A DNA stretch of 64,000 nt from positions 1,056,001 through 1,120,000 of the forward strand of contig JAHPZA010000006.1 of NCBI GenBank assembly GCA_019058445.1. The letters are read 5' to 3'. Position numbers and translations under genes: made by a program. Shown in pieces: positions 17,438 through 27,155 of the stretch (position 1 is the stretch's first letter; every line of letters begins with the position of its first letter). The notes beneath the pieces were generated by a model, which was not told where the DNA came from, made no database searches, and worked only from the letters and a program-made list of their open reading frames with translations. Source of the stretch: Promethearchaeota archaeon. GTDB taxonomy: Archaea; Asgardarchaeota; Lokiarchaeia; Sigyniarchaeales; SOKP01.

Positions 17438-18028
17438 TTAAAAGAATTCTAATTCCAATTCTTTTACTATTTTAATATTATATATTTTTTCTAAATAATA
17501 TTGAGCTTCCTCTCTACTTACATAATGATGTTTTGGAATTTTAGAGCGTTGCTTTCTCCTATATCTCACCCTCATTCCGGGTCGTACAAGTCTCCCCATA
17601 ATATCGAGCCCCCAGAGACCTGTCTGGGCGTCATACTCAACACCAGGTATGGAAATGTGTTCTGTAATTCCAAAACCGAAATTACCATAATTATCAAAAC
17701 TTTTTCTTAAAATTTTATTATTATTAACAATTATTAACCTTTTTAGCAATTTTTCTGCGTCCTTTCCTCTTACTGTTACTTTACAGCCAATAGGTCTTCC
17801 CTTCCTTAAATTAAATTCTTTAACATTCTTTTTTGATATGGTTTTTACAGGCATTTTTCCCGAGATCGTTTCGAGAACCGCAACTGCTCTTTCTAATTCT
17901 TCTCCACCAGCTCCTACGCCTATATTGAGTACCATTTTCTCTAAAAATGGTTTCCTCATAGGATTTTCCCAGATTTTATCGAATGCGTTTGCTTGAGCCT
18001 TTTTAGCTTTTTTAGTTTTGGCTGACAT
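17438..18028 (-). CDS. rpl5: 50S ribosomal protein uL5
   Basis: NPMRKP, LNIGVG, IGCKVTVRG, GNFGFGITEHI; ATG at 18028 preferred over GTG at 18040. Confidence 0.96.
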   Translation of the reverse strand: MSAKTKKAKKAQANAFDKIWENPMRKPFLEKMVLNIGVGAGGEELERAVAVLETISGKMPVKTISKKNVKEFNLRKGRPIGCKVTVRGKDAEKLLKRLIIVNNNKILRKSFDNYGNFGFGITEHISIPGVEYDAQTGLWGLDIMGRLVRPGMRVRYRRKQRSKIPKHHYVSREEAQYYLEKIYNIKIVKELELEFF

Positions 18029-18058
18029 TGTATATCTCACGTTATTTTTTTTTATTTT

Positions 18059-18814
18059 TTAAGCCCCCACTTTTGGTAAGCTAATTTCAGATTGATCTTC
18101 ACCTAGGACAAAAGTATAATCATACAAGGTTTCGGTATGTTCTCCATCATGTTCAATGGATACAGTATTAGCATTAGGACCAAACAGTTTTTTTATACTT
18201 TTGATGGTGCCTACTTGTCCGATATTTTTACCAGACATAATAATCGCTAAATTATTTTCTTTAAATTTTAAGGTTTTAAGGATTTCTTGTTCTGGAACGG
18301 AGATTTTTAAGACATCCATTCTTTTATAAATATCTTCTTTAGGATTCTTTGGATCAGCTATGCGAATTAAGATATTTCTTCCATCATGTAAATTTAATTG
18401 CAAATGCCCCCCCTTTACAGTAGTTTTTTGTCTTATTCTACATAACTTGAAAGTGCTCTCTGATTCAGGTATTTCGTGGAGAATTAACCCGTAATGAGAG
18501 TCTGGGAGTAATCGATAATTTCTATTAATCTTTTCAATACTTAACACATCCATTAATCCAACTGGATACGCTTTATCTCTTACAATCTTTCCGTCAACTT
18601 TGAAATAACCTAAGCCTATTAATTTTTTTGCTTCTCTATGATTGTCAGCAAAATTAAGAAGATCTCGAACAATATGTAATAAAGGTAAACAGTCTCTTGA
18701 TGGATGAGGTCCTGATGAAGTTTTCACGAAGAATTTCCCATGCTTTCTTTTAATTTGTAAGAATTTAGGGGTATTTAATCGTTTTAAAGTCTTTTTTCCT
18801 CCATGGCTTGTCAT
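18059..18814 (-). CDS. rps4e: 30S ribosomal protein eS4
   Basis: LKRLNTP, GPHP, YPVGLMDV, LNLHDGRNI. Confidence 0.97.
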   Translation of the reverse strand: MTSHGGKKTLKRLNTPKFLQIKRKHGKFFVKTSSGPHPSRDCLPLLHIVRDLLNFADNHREAKKLIGLGYFKVDGKIVRDKAYPVGLMDVLSIEKINRNYRLLPDSHYGLILHEIPESESTFKLCRIRQKTTVKGGHLQLNLHDGRNILIRIADPKNPKEDIYKRMDVLKISVPEQEILKTLKFKENNLAIIMSGKNIGQVGTIKSIKKLFGPNANTVSIEHDGEHTETLYDYTFVLGEDQSEISLPKVGA

Positions 18815-19267
18815 TTATTCTTCCTCCTCCTCCTCTAATTTTTGTTTTGTTTTTTTCGGAGCCAGCAGATAATCCTCATCCCAATATCCCGCTTTTCGTT
18901 CTATCATACTAGCTCTCCAACCATCCATTTTCTTCGCTTCAGCTTTAAACTTAGTTATAATAAGATTTGAGATATGAATAGTGGGGTGAAATTGTGTTCC
19001 ATCGGTTTTTTCAAATACCGCTTCCTTTACTTTAACCCGTAAATCTTTATTAATTTCTAATACTTCCCCTTCGAAATCTTTGTATTCTCCTTTACAAATT
19101 TTCACCGAATCGCCTGCTCTAAGAGGGATCCTTTTGATTCCATACTCATCTGAAAGGAAATCAGCTAGTCTACAGGTCAATAATTTTGATCTGTGATGAT
19201 TTTTGTAATTAAAAAGTGCTTTTCTCTGCTTGTTTGGTTTTCTTGATTTAATTTTCATATTGGTCAC
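18815..19267 (-). CDS. rpl24: 50S ribosomal protein uL24
   Basis: SRKPNKQRK, GDSVKICKG KOW motif, IHISNL. Confidence 0.95.
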   Translation of the reverse strand: MTNMKIKSRKPNKQRKALFNYKNHHRSKLLTCRLADFLSDEYGIKRIPLRAGDSVKICKGEYKDFEGEVLEINKDLRVKVKEAVFEKTDGTQFHPTIHISNLIITKFKAEAKKMDGWRASMIERKAGYWDEDYLLAPKKTKQKLEEEEEE

Positions 19268-19282
19268 TTTTTTAACATTTTA

Positions 19283-19708
19283 TTAAATTATAAGAGATGA
19301 GATGGAAGCTAATCTGGGAAATTGTTCTGCTGCTTCTCTTGCTATCGGTCCTCTAATTTCAGTACCTCTAGGATCCCCTTCCTTGGATACTAATACGCCC
19401 GCGTTATCTTCGAAGCATAAACGCGTTCCATCTTTTCTTCTAAATATCATTTTCTGTCGTACAATTACACATTTTAATATATTTCCTCTAAGTTCTGGTC
19501 TCCCTTTTTTAATGGTAACTGTACATACGTCACCTACGGAAGCTTTAGGTAACCTTCTTAACCGGGTCTTACTATGATCAACATTTATAATTTGCGCAAT
19601 TTTTGCTCCAGAATTATCTGTGATAAGCACTTTTGAACCGTTACATAATCCCGCGCTGGTTCGCGGCTTGGCCATTTTTTTTCTGCCTGATTTTCTTCGT
19701 GTTCCCAC
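19283..19708 (-). CDS. rpl14: 50S ribosomal protein uL14
   Basis: DNSGAK, FEDNAGV, GPIARE. Confidence 0.97.
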   Translation of the reverse strand: MGTRRKSGRKKMAKPRTSAGLCNGSKVLITDNSGAKIAQIINVDHSKTRLRRLPKASVGDVCTVTIKKGRPELRGNILKCVIVRQKMIFRRKDGTRLCFEDNAGVLVSKEGDPRGTEIRGPIAREAAEQFPRLASISSLII

Positions 19709-20065
19709 TTAACTCTCCCCAGTGACTATTTTTTGTAATACAATAAATGCTTTTGTTTTCGAGATTTTTCTGCTCTCACCAACACGTACTAAATCTCCGA
19801 TTTCTATTTCTGATCTTAAGCATTCGGGTAAATGACATGAAAGTCGTGAATTTCTTCTTTCATATCTTTGATACTTTTTGACAAATTGTACGTAATCACG
19901 TCTAATTATAACTGTATTTCGGGACTTTTTAGAGACTACCACCCCTTGGGTAATTTTTCCTCTAATTCTTGTTGTCCCATGAAACGGACAAAAATTATCA
20001 TTACATTCTTTCATTTTAGGAGCTGTTACTCCAGGCACACCAATGTTCCTACTCATTTCAACCAT
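19709..20065 (-). CDS. rps17: 30S ribosomal protein uS17
   Basis: CPFHG, KKYQRYERR, RKISKTKAF. Confidence 0.97.
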   Translation of the reverse strand: MVEMSRNIGVPGVTAPKMKECNDNFCPFHGTTRIRGKITQGVVVSKKSRNTVIIRRDYVQFVKKYQRYERRNSRLSCHLPECLRSEIEIGDLVRVGESRKISKTKAFIVLQKIVTGES

Positions 20066-20367
20066 CTTCTTTTTCTTAAATTTCTTAGTCTATTTTCGGG
20101 ACGACCAACAATTTTAGCCCCCTCTACTTCCACCATATATTCTTCACGCTGATTCTTTTCACTTGGAAGTTTAATCCTAAATATATGGTCTTTTTTGACA
20201 TATTTTTTAGTAATTTTATTTTTTTCAGTAATTAACATATTTTTTGTATCGTCAATAATCATTCCTATATCTTTATACACTTCATTCTGCTTCTTCGATA
20301 TAAGTATCGCATAAGCATTAAAACCAATTAAATCGTGATATATTAAATATTTGGGATTTGCCTTCAT
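20053..20367 (-). CDS. rnp1: Ribonuclease P protein component 1 (Rpp29/POP4)
   Basis: HDLIG, GMIIDDTKNML, IVGRPENR; canonical position before S17. Confidence 0.9.
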   Translation of the reverse strand: MKANPKYLIYHDLIGFNAYAILISKKQNEVYKDIGMIIDDTKNMLITEKNKITKKYVKKDHIFRIKLPSEKNQREEYMVEVEGAKIVGRPENRLRNLRKRRWLK

Positions 20368-20600
20368 TCTTCTTCTTCATACCATCCTTCTTCTATTTTT
20401 TGTAATTTTTCTTCTCTTCTAACGGTCAAAATTCTAGCTATTTGCTTTCTTAACATTTTTGCTTTGGCAGGATTATCAGAAACTCCACCACCCGTCTGGG
20501 TAGAATATAATATCATCAATTCTTCTCTTAAATCAACTAATGCTCTTTGCCTTTCTCTCTCATCCATTTGTCGGATTTGCTCAGCAGTAATAATTTTCAT
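20364..20600 (-). CDS. rpl29: 50S ribosomal protein uL29
   Basis: IRQM, DNPAKAKMLRKQIARILT. Confidence 0.93.
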   Translation of the reverse strand: MKIITAEQIRQMDERERQRALVDLREELMILYSTQTGGGVSDNPAKAKMLRKQIARILTVRREEKLQKIEEGWYEEEE

Positions 20601-20632
20601 TTATTTCACCTTTTAAAAAGTTATTATTCTTC

Positions 20633-21406
20633 TTACTTTTCCTCTTCTTCTGACTCTATAGAGATTTCTTCCACTTCCTCTTCGTCCACTTCATCGATTA
20701 TTTCTTGAACTTCTTCATCAATTTCCCCTTCTATTACCTCTTCTTCAACATCCAATCTACTTCGGTTCTTGCCAAGTTTTATCTCAATTTCTTTTTGTAC
20801 TTTTTTTAACTCGTCCATTTTAATTTCAACACCGTCTCCTGTTTTAAAATCAGCACGCATAATTTTGACCACTACTCCTAGTACACCGCTTTTTTGAATA
20901 CATTGAGCTACCCCTTTATCGACAGCTTCTTGGGCAGGTTGTCCACTTTTTTTCATTGTTCCTGCCCGAAAAATTTGGGTTCTTGCTCTTTGAGAGGTTA
21001 CCTTACCTGAAACCTTAATCTCAACTCCTTTTGCCCCCGCATCCATTACTTTCCTTAAAATATAATATCCTGCTCTTCGATAATGTCTTCCTCGATCTAA
21101 ACTGTAGGCTAATCTCTCCGCCATTATTTGAGCATCTAAATCGGGTTGTTCTACTTCTTCCACTTCGATTTGAGGCATTTCTAAACCAAATCGCTGTTCT
21201 AGAACATCGGTAATTTCTTGAATCCTTTTTCCACCCTTTCCAATAACGAGTCCTGGACGGCTTGTTTTAAGCGTAATCCTAACTCCTAATGGAGTTTTCT
21301 GTAAATCAACTCCCGCAAATCCTGCTCTTACTAGTTCTGAGCGTAAATACTCATTAATTTGCATTAACTTTATTCCTTGTTCAATAAAATGCTTTGATAA
21401 TGGCAA
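20633..21406 (-). CDS. rps3: 30S ribosomal protein uS3 (TTG start)
   Basis: RPGLVIGKGG KH motif, GAKGVEIKVSGK. Confidence 0.97.
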   Translation of the reverse strand: MPLSKHFIEQGIKLMQINEYLRSELVRAGFAGVDLQKTPLGVRITLKTSRPGLVIGKGGKRIQEITDVLEQRFGLEMPQIEVEEVEQPDLDAQIMAERLAYSLDRGRHYRRAGYYILRKVMDAGAKGVEIKVSGKVTSQRARTQIFRAGTMKKSGQPAQEAVDKGVAQCIQKSGVLGVVVKIMRADFKTGDGVEIKMDELKKVQKEIEIKLGKNRSRLDVEEEVIEGEIDEEVQEIIDEVDEEEVEEISIESEEEEK

Positions 21407-21459
21407 GTTTTTCTCAATTTCTTTAAATTATTTTAATATTTTATAATCATTAATTAAAT

Positions 21460-21939
21460 TTATCCAGGGATTTCATATATTACAAGTTCTACATGTGAAA
21501 GATGTTTATATTTTGCTGAAGATCGACCATGCGCACGCTCTATATAGCGTTTTATAATCCTTCCTCTATGCGCCGCAGCGTGAATAATTCGACATAAATC
21601 CACATCTAAACCTTTATATTCGGCGTTAGATTCTACAGCCGTAAGGACTTCGTAAATTCTTGCGCAAGTTTTTATAGGATATCTCCCAGCGTACCATTTA
21701 AATTCTTTTAAGTCTTTCCTGTGAGCTTGTTTCTTTTTATGACGCCTAAACGGAACCGATCGCTTTAATTGAATTACATCTTCTAAAAATGTTTTCGCTT
21801 GATAGACTCTCATTCCCTTAATAGTTGCACAGATTTCTCTTGCATGTTTGGGTTTGATTCGTAAATCTCTTCCAGATGCCTTAGCGATTCTATCTGTATC
21901 ATATTTTTGTTCTTGAAAACTATAATCCCATGTAGGCAT
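21460..21939 (-). CDS. rpl22: 50S ribosomal protein uL22
   Basis: GRYPIK, NAEYKGLD, RAHGRS, HVELV. Confidence 0.97.
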   Translation of the reverse strand: MPTWDYSFQEQKYDTDRIAKASGRDLRIKPKHAREICATIKGMRVYQAKTFLEDVIQLKRSVPFRRHKKKQAHRKDLKEFKWYAGRYPIKTCARIYEVLTAVESNAEYKGLDVDLCRIIHAAAHRGRIIKRYIERAHGRSSAKYKHLSHVELVIYEIPG

Positions 21940-21972
21940 AAATGTTCATCTCTCTTAATAGTATAATTATTA

Positions 21973-22479
21973 TCATTTTAATGGAACATATTTAGAACTT
22001 CTAGTGGCTCCAATTCCGGGCGAACCATGTTGTACATGCTTTCGAGTTAAGGAAAATTCTCCTAAATAATGACCAATCATTTCAGGTTTTATATCAACAG
22101 TTTCGAACTTTAATCCGTTATATACTCCGATTTTTAATCCCACCATTTCTGGAAAAATGATCATATCTCTCACATGAGTTCGGGTGAGGAGATCTTTTCC
22201 TCTTTTTTTTGCTCGATATGCTCTTCTTAATCGTTCTAGTAGTTTTTTTTGGCGAGGTGGAAGACCACGTTTGAGGGAACGCCTAGCTCTTGCGGGAAGT
22301 AATTGAATAAATTGATCCATGTTCATTTTTTTCAGCTCGTCTAGCGTAAAGCCTCGATAATGAAATCTAAGACGGTCTAACTCTGCTTCTGTATCTAATT
22401 CATCTTCTTCTTCTTCAGAGATTTCTTCTTCTTCCAATTCCTCTGATTCTTCTCCATCAAATTCTTCATTAGGAGCCAT
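21973..22479 (-). CDS. rps19: 30S ribosomal protein uS19 with acidic N-extension
   Basis: [36 protein letters not shown]. Confidence 0.97.
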   Translation of the reverse strand: MAPNEEFDGEESEELEEEEISEEEEDELDTEAELDRLRFHYRGFTLDELKKMNMDQFIQLLPARARRSLKRGLPPRQKKLLERLRRAYRAKKRGKDLLTRTHVRDMIIFPEMVGLKIGVYNGLKFETVDIKPEMIGHYLGEFSLTRKHVQHGSPGIGATRSSKYVPLK

Positions 22480-22711
22480 TTTTCATCAATCTACTTGTTC
22501 CTTTTATTAAAATCCGTATATAATTTATAGTTTAATTATTACGTGTAAGGTTTTTAGTATTGCTTAATTTTTTAACTTTATTAAATAGAGTTATAAATTT
22601 ACAAAGAACGTAAGTAAAAAGCATAAAATTTAAAAAGGAATAAGTTAAGTTTGAAAGAAACGCAATTTTTATCGTTTATTTTGGCTATCTTCATTTGAAA
22701 GAGCTTTTCAC

Positions 22712-23383
22712 TCAAGTATAGTTATTGGGATTAAACACCCTTTTAATATCTTCCTCGTCAAAATATCCACTCCATTGCTCCTTTAAAATTACAAATTTGT
22801 CTACATTTGGGTTAATTACAGAATGAAAAGTATTAATAGGAATTTCAAACTTGGAATTATTCTCTACAAAATAGTGAACTATATCACCATTAATTATTAT
22901 CGGTTTTCCTTCAAGAATTTCCCAGAATTCGTTTCTATGGTTATGTGTTTGAAGTGAAATACCTAATTGGGGTCTCACAAAAATAATATTATAATCTTTA
23001 TACGTAAATTTAAAGCTATACCACTTTGGTAATATATCGATATAATCTTCGGGAACTTGATATATTTGTTTTAAATAATCAGGAGTATAATTTTTTTTTT
23101 CTACTTTTTCAAATTTATATGGATCATAGATAATTTCATGATTCGAAATATCTAAACTGTACCTTACTTCAACCGTTTCATTGCTGTTGTTTATGAGCAT
23201 ATAATAGTCATTTGGTTGTATAATTATTCCCGCTGAGAATAGATCAGTTGTCATCAGTTTCTTGCCATTGATTACAAATAGATCAGGGGATCTAGTGTGA
23301 TTAATGGATAATTGCAATTCTAATGAACCATTTTTTCGCAGACAAGTTCCTCGTTTGCTAAAAATTGCTTCTTTTCGCTTCAT
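22712..23383 (-). CDS. Protein with C-terminal cupin domain (mannose-6-phosphate isomerase type II-like)
   Basis: ISLQTHNHRNEFW...H...DEEDIKR cupin pattern; overlaps the ribokinase stop. Confidence 0.65.
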   Translation of the reverse strand: MKRKEAIFSKRGTCLRKNGSLELQLSINHTRSPDLFVINGKKLMTTDLFSAGIIIQPNDYYMLINNSNETVEVRYSLDISNHEIIYDPYKFEKVEKKNYTPDYLKQIYQVPEDYIDILPKWYSFKFTYKDYNIIFVRPQLGISLQTHNHRNEFWEILEGKPIIINGDIVHYFVENNSKFEIPINTFHSVINPNVDKFVILKEQWSGYFDEEDIKRVFNPNNYT

Positions 23384-24372
23384 GATAATTTTTTTACCCT
23401 TAACTTCTGATTTATTTTTTTAAATTGTTCTTCAATTTCTTCGGCAAAGGGCATTGAAGCCTGGGCTCCTTTTCGAGTCACAGCTATGGAAGCAGCCGCA
23501 GTAGCATATTTAACCGCATTTATGATGGATTCACCATTACTTAATTTACTAGCTAAAACACCATTGAAACAATCCCCCGCTCCTACTGTATCTATAGCCT
23601 TTACCTTGACTGCGGGTACTCCAATGACCTCTTCATTTTCTCTGTCATAAATAAGACAGCCCTCACTACCTAATGTAGTAATAACGAAGTTTATTCCTAA
23701 CTCTGCGATAGCTTTCGAAGTTTGGATGATTTTGTTTTTCCCGTCAGATTTTACTTCGGGGAGATTTAAGAGGGTATACAGACGAATTAATTCACCTTCA
23801 TTTGGAATTAATATATCAATATTTTTTAAAACATTTACAGGAATAGCTTTTAAGGGTGCGGGATTTAGAATTTTAATTACATCGCCTTCGGAAGCAATTC
23901 TAAGTAGTTCCTCAATTGTATCAATCGGAATTTCCATCTGCACCACTAAAGAAGATGCATTTTTGATAATATCAGCATATTTGATTATATCTGATTTGTC
24001 TAAATGAAAATTAGCCCCAGGTGCTACACTTATCATGTTTTCACCGCTTTCATCAATCATAATAAATGCAACTCCGCTGGCGTGTTGAGAATCCCTAATT
24101 ATATAACTTATATCGATACCTTCTGAACTTAATTGAGAGATCATCTGCTCTCCAAATGCATCGGTTCCGATTTTTCCTATAAAAACAGTATTCGCACCCG
24201 AGCGCGTTGAAGCAACCGCTTGGTTTGCTCCTTTGCCACCCAAAAATTGCTGAAAGGTTCCACCGGTAACCGTCTCTCCTGGTTTAGGGAGCCTTTGGGA
24301 ATAGATATTTAAGTCCATATTACTAGATCCGATAATTAGAACATATTTTTGGTTATTCTCCTTTTTACTCAT
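23380..24372 (-). CDS. rbsK: Ribokinase (PfkB family)
   Basis: GSSNMD, GGKGANQA, NPAP, PNEGE, DTVGAGDCFNG; ATG at 24372 preferred. Confidence 0.93.
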   Translation of the reverse strand: MSKKENNQKYVLIIGSSNMDLNIYSQRLPKPGETVTGGTFQQFLGGKGANQAVASTRSGANTVFIGKIGTDAFGEQMISQLSSEGIDISYIIRDSQHASGVAFIMIDESGENMISVAPGANFHLDKSDIIKYADIIKNASSLVVQMEIPIDTIEELLRIASEGDVIKILNPAPLKAIPVNVLKNIDILIPNEGELIRLYTLLNLPEVKSDGKNKIIQTSKAIAELGINFVITTLGSEGCLIYDRENEEVIGVPAVKVKAIDTVGAGDCFNGVLASKLSNGESIINAVKYATAAASIAVTRKGAQASMPFAEEIEEQFKKINQKLRVKKLS

Positions 24373-24397
24373 AATATTCTTACCTTGAGTTATTTTT

Positions 24398-24850
24398 TTA
24401 ATTTTCAAATTCTATTCCTAATAATACATATTCTTCATTAAAACCAGCCTTTATATAGAAATTTTGAGCTCTAACATTTGATACTTCTGTTCCAACCTCA
24501 ATCTCATCCATTCCCCTCGTTTTTGCTAATTGGATCGCTTGTTTAATCAAACTTTTACCAATTCCTTTATTTCTGTGACTTTCAGCTACAATTAATTCAT
24601 TTATTAAAGCAGTGCCTCCTTTATGAAGAAAAGTTTTATAAAACACCATAGAGATAAATCCAACCATTTTATTTTCTTCTAAAGCAACATAATTTGTATA
24701 AATTTCGGGATACTTACTAACACCTGTATATGTAGAATTTATAATTTTTTCATTAATTTCATGTTTATGTTCTAATGCGTTATGTAAGTCGTCTAACAGA
24801 TTTCTCAATGATGGTAAATCTTCCTTTCTAAGATCCCTTAGTGTTATCAT
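24398..24850 (-). CDS. GNAT family N-acetyltransferase
   Basis: HRNKGIG acetyl-CoA motif, NVRAQNFYIKAGF. Confidence 0.9.
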   Translation of the reverse strand: MITLRDLRKEDLPSLRNLLDDLHNALEHKHEINEKIINSTYTGVSKYPEIYTNYVALEENKMVGFISMVFYKTFLHKGGTALINELIVAESHRNKGIGKSLIKQAIQLAKTRGMDEIEVGTEVSNVRAQNFYIKAGFNEEYVLLGIEFEN

Positions 24851-25036
24851 ATAAGTTTACCTTTTCTCATAATTTTGTAATGGTCTAAGAATACGAAATC
24901 GCTAATATTATTTATACATATTATTGAATTTCATAATAATTTATTCTTAAAAGTTCATATTTATGAGATTGAATGGTTATAAGGGAAAAAAAGGGAAAAT
25001 AAGAAAAAAAATTAATAATTTATATTAGGAAATCTT

Positions 25037-25390
25037 CTAATCGTTTTCAGCAGCTTCTTCAGCAGCCAATTCTTCCTCAAGTTCTTCTAGCGGCACAGGC
25101 GCAGGAGTAGTGAGCATACTATACCCGATCCATATGGCTATAATGCTAATTAAAATTACAAGCAACCAAAGAGGTAAAACTACAAACAATCTCCAGTTGA
25201 AAATATCAATTCCACCAAATAAACCGGTGATAAATCCAACTTCGAAACCTCCAGTCTTACCGCCTAAAGTTTCCATATATAAATCGACTACTGAACCTAA
25301 GGTATAGACGATAGCGATTATAACGCCAACTATCATAATCAAGAAGCCAATTATCTTATCTTTTGCGATATAGATCACCTTTTTGAACAA
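25037..25390 (-). CDS. Small two-TM membrane protein, DPM2-like (true start may be 25369)
   Basis: DKIIG..VYT and LPL..WIGYSML helices, TTPAPVPLEE acidic tail. Confidence 0.7.
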   Translation of the reverse strand: MFKKVIYIAKDKIIGFLIMIVGVIIAIVYTLGSVVDLYMETLGGKTGGFEVGFITGLFGGIDIFNWRLFVVLPLWLLVILISIIAIWIGYSMLTTPAPVPLEELEEELAAEEAAEND

Positions 25391-25589
25391 TATATTTTTA
25401 GTTTTTGATTATTTTTTATGTTTTATTAGATTAATGCTATTTTTTTTGTAGCACTTATATTAAAATTTAAAATATGTTAAAATTAAAACCATTTCATTTT
25501 CACTAGATAACTTGGTAATAAAAATCAAAATTAGTGATTAAAAACATTGATTAGAATCTAATTCTTTAAAAGAATTAAAAAAATATTAG

Positions 25590-26516
25590 TTAAAGATGTG
25601 TATTTAACCAATCAATTACATCGTTAAATACTTCATCTCTATTAATTTCATTAAAAACTTCATGACGGGCGCCCTCGTAAAATTTATATGTGACATCTTT
25701 AATGCCATAGGTTTTATAACGCTCAACCAATTTTAAAAGATTTTTGGTCATTTCATTTGAGGGATCATCAGAGCCAGAGATTAAGTAAATCGGTAATTCT
25801 AGGGGTATCTTTCGCTCATTTTCTTCTTTCCAAATTTTTATTAATCCTGATATTAATTCATCAAAAAGACTTGATGTCGAGATAAACCCGCAGTAAGGAT
25901 CTTTTACATATTTATTCACTTCGTCTTGGTCGCGACTAAGCCATTGAAATTTTGTCGGTGCTGGCTCATAGGGCTTATTAAATGTACCAAATGTTAACTG
26001 ATCAAGTTTCTCATTACGTTTCATGGGACCGAATTTTTTAATTTCTTTTTCTATTATAGTTTTTCCTAACTTAAGAAGGGTTTCGTCCATATAACCATTT
26101 GTTCCGCTAAGAATTACTCCTTTTAACTCATTTCCCCATTGTTGGATATAATCTTGAGCCATTAACGATCCCCAACTATGTCCAAGAAAGAAAATTGAAA
26201 GATTTGGATGTTCTTTTTTGATAAGATCGGTTAAGACTTTTTGAGCCCTCACTGTACTCTCCCATCCTCCGGGACCAAGATATCCCGTATTTTCTAAGTT
26301 TCCAGCTGTTTTCCCATGTCCTCTATGATCATCAGCATAACAAATATAACCCGCTGAGGTTAATGCTTCTGCCACTCTTTCATATCTAGCCGCATGTTCG
26401 GCCAATCCATGCGAAATTTGTATAGCAGCTTTGATTGGATCTGAGTCCGGAGCCCATTTGTAGACGAAAATTTCGATTCCATCTTGATCTTTATAGGTAA
26501 ATGTCATAATTTTCAT
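25590..26516 (-). CDS. Alpha/beta hydrolase (lysophospholipase-like)
   Basis: HGLAEH, DHRGHG, GHSWG nucleophile, RHEVFNE. Confidence 0.92.
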   Translation of the reverse strand: MKIMTFTYKDQDGIEIFVYKWAPDSDPIKAAIQISHGLAEHAARYERVAEALTSAGYICYADDHRGHGKTAGNLENTGYLGPGGWESTVRAQKVLTDLIKKEHPNLSIFFLGHSWGSLMAQDYIQQWGNELKGVILSGTNGYMDETLLKLGKTIIEKEIKKFGPMKRNEKLDQLTFGTFNKPYEPAPTKFQWLSRDQDEVNKYVKDPYCGFISTSSLFDELISGLIKIWKEENERKIPLELPIYLISGSDDPSNEMTKNLLKLVERYKTYGIKDVTYKFYEGARHEVFNEINRDEVFNDVIDWLNTHL

Positions 26517-26799
26517 AACATATTAGAATTTAGAGAGATTATAAAAATTTTCTTAATTAGAATCAAATTTTTACTTTTATATTATGTTTCTTTTCCTTAA
26601 TATTCAAGATTTTTTTTACTAAAGAGTATTAAAACATTTGCGTTATTTTTAGAAATAAGACACATAAGGGATCTTTTTTGGAATAAAAAAGAAGTTTTTA
26701 TTTTTTCTATAATTTTTTAAAAATAGAATATTTAAAATTATTATATATTCTTAAATTCAGTAAATAATTATTAAAAAAACAAAAAAGAGATAAATTATC

Positions 26800-26997
26800 A
26801 TGTCATTTGGAATCGAAATCGATATGGATGCGTGCACTGGCTGTGGCACTTGCTACGAAGTATGTCCAAGCGAATGCTTTGATGAGCCAGAGGGTGGAAA
26901 GGTCAAAATTAATGAAGATAACAGGCCTGATTGCGTAGGATGTAGAGCATGCGAGACGCAATGCCCCGAAGAGGCAATTACCATAATAGAAGAGTAA
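26800..26997 (+). CDS. 2[4Fe-4S] ferredoxin
   Basis: Two CxxCxxCxxxCP motifs. Confidence 0.93.
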   Translation: MSFGIEIDMDACTGCGTCYEVCPSECFDEPEGGKVKINEDNRPDCVGCRACETQCPEEAITIIEE

Positions 26998-27155
26998 ATA
27001 TCGCTGAGCTCCTTATAGAATATTTAACCAATCTTAGAAGAAGTAATTTTATAATACTTTTTTTTATTTTTAATTTGCCTTCTAATATTAAAATATATTT
27101 CATTTTGAAATTTAAAATAATAAAATTGAAAAAATTTAACTAAATTATTAATATT

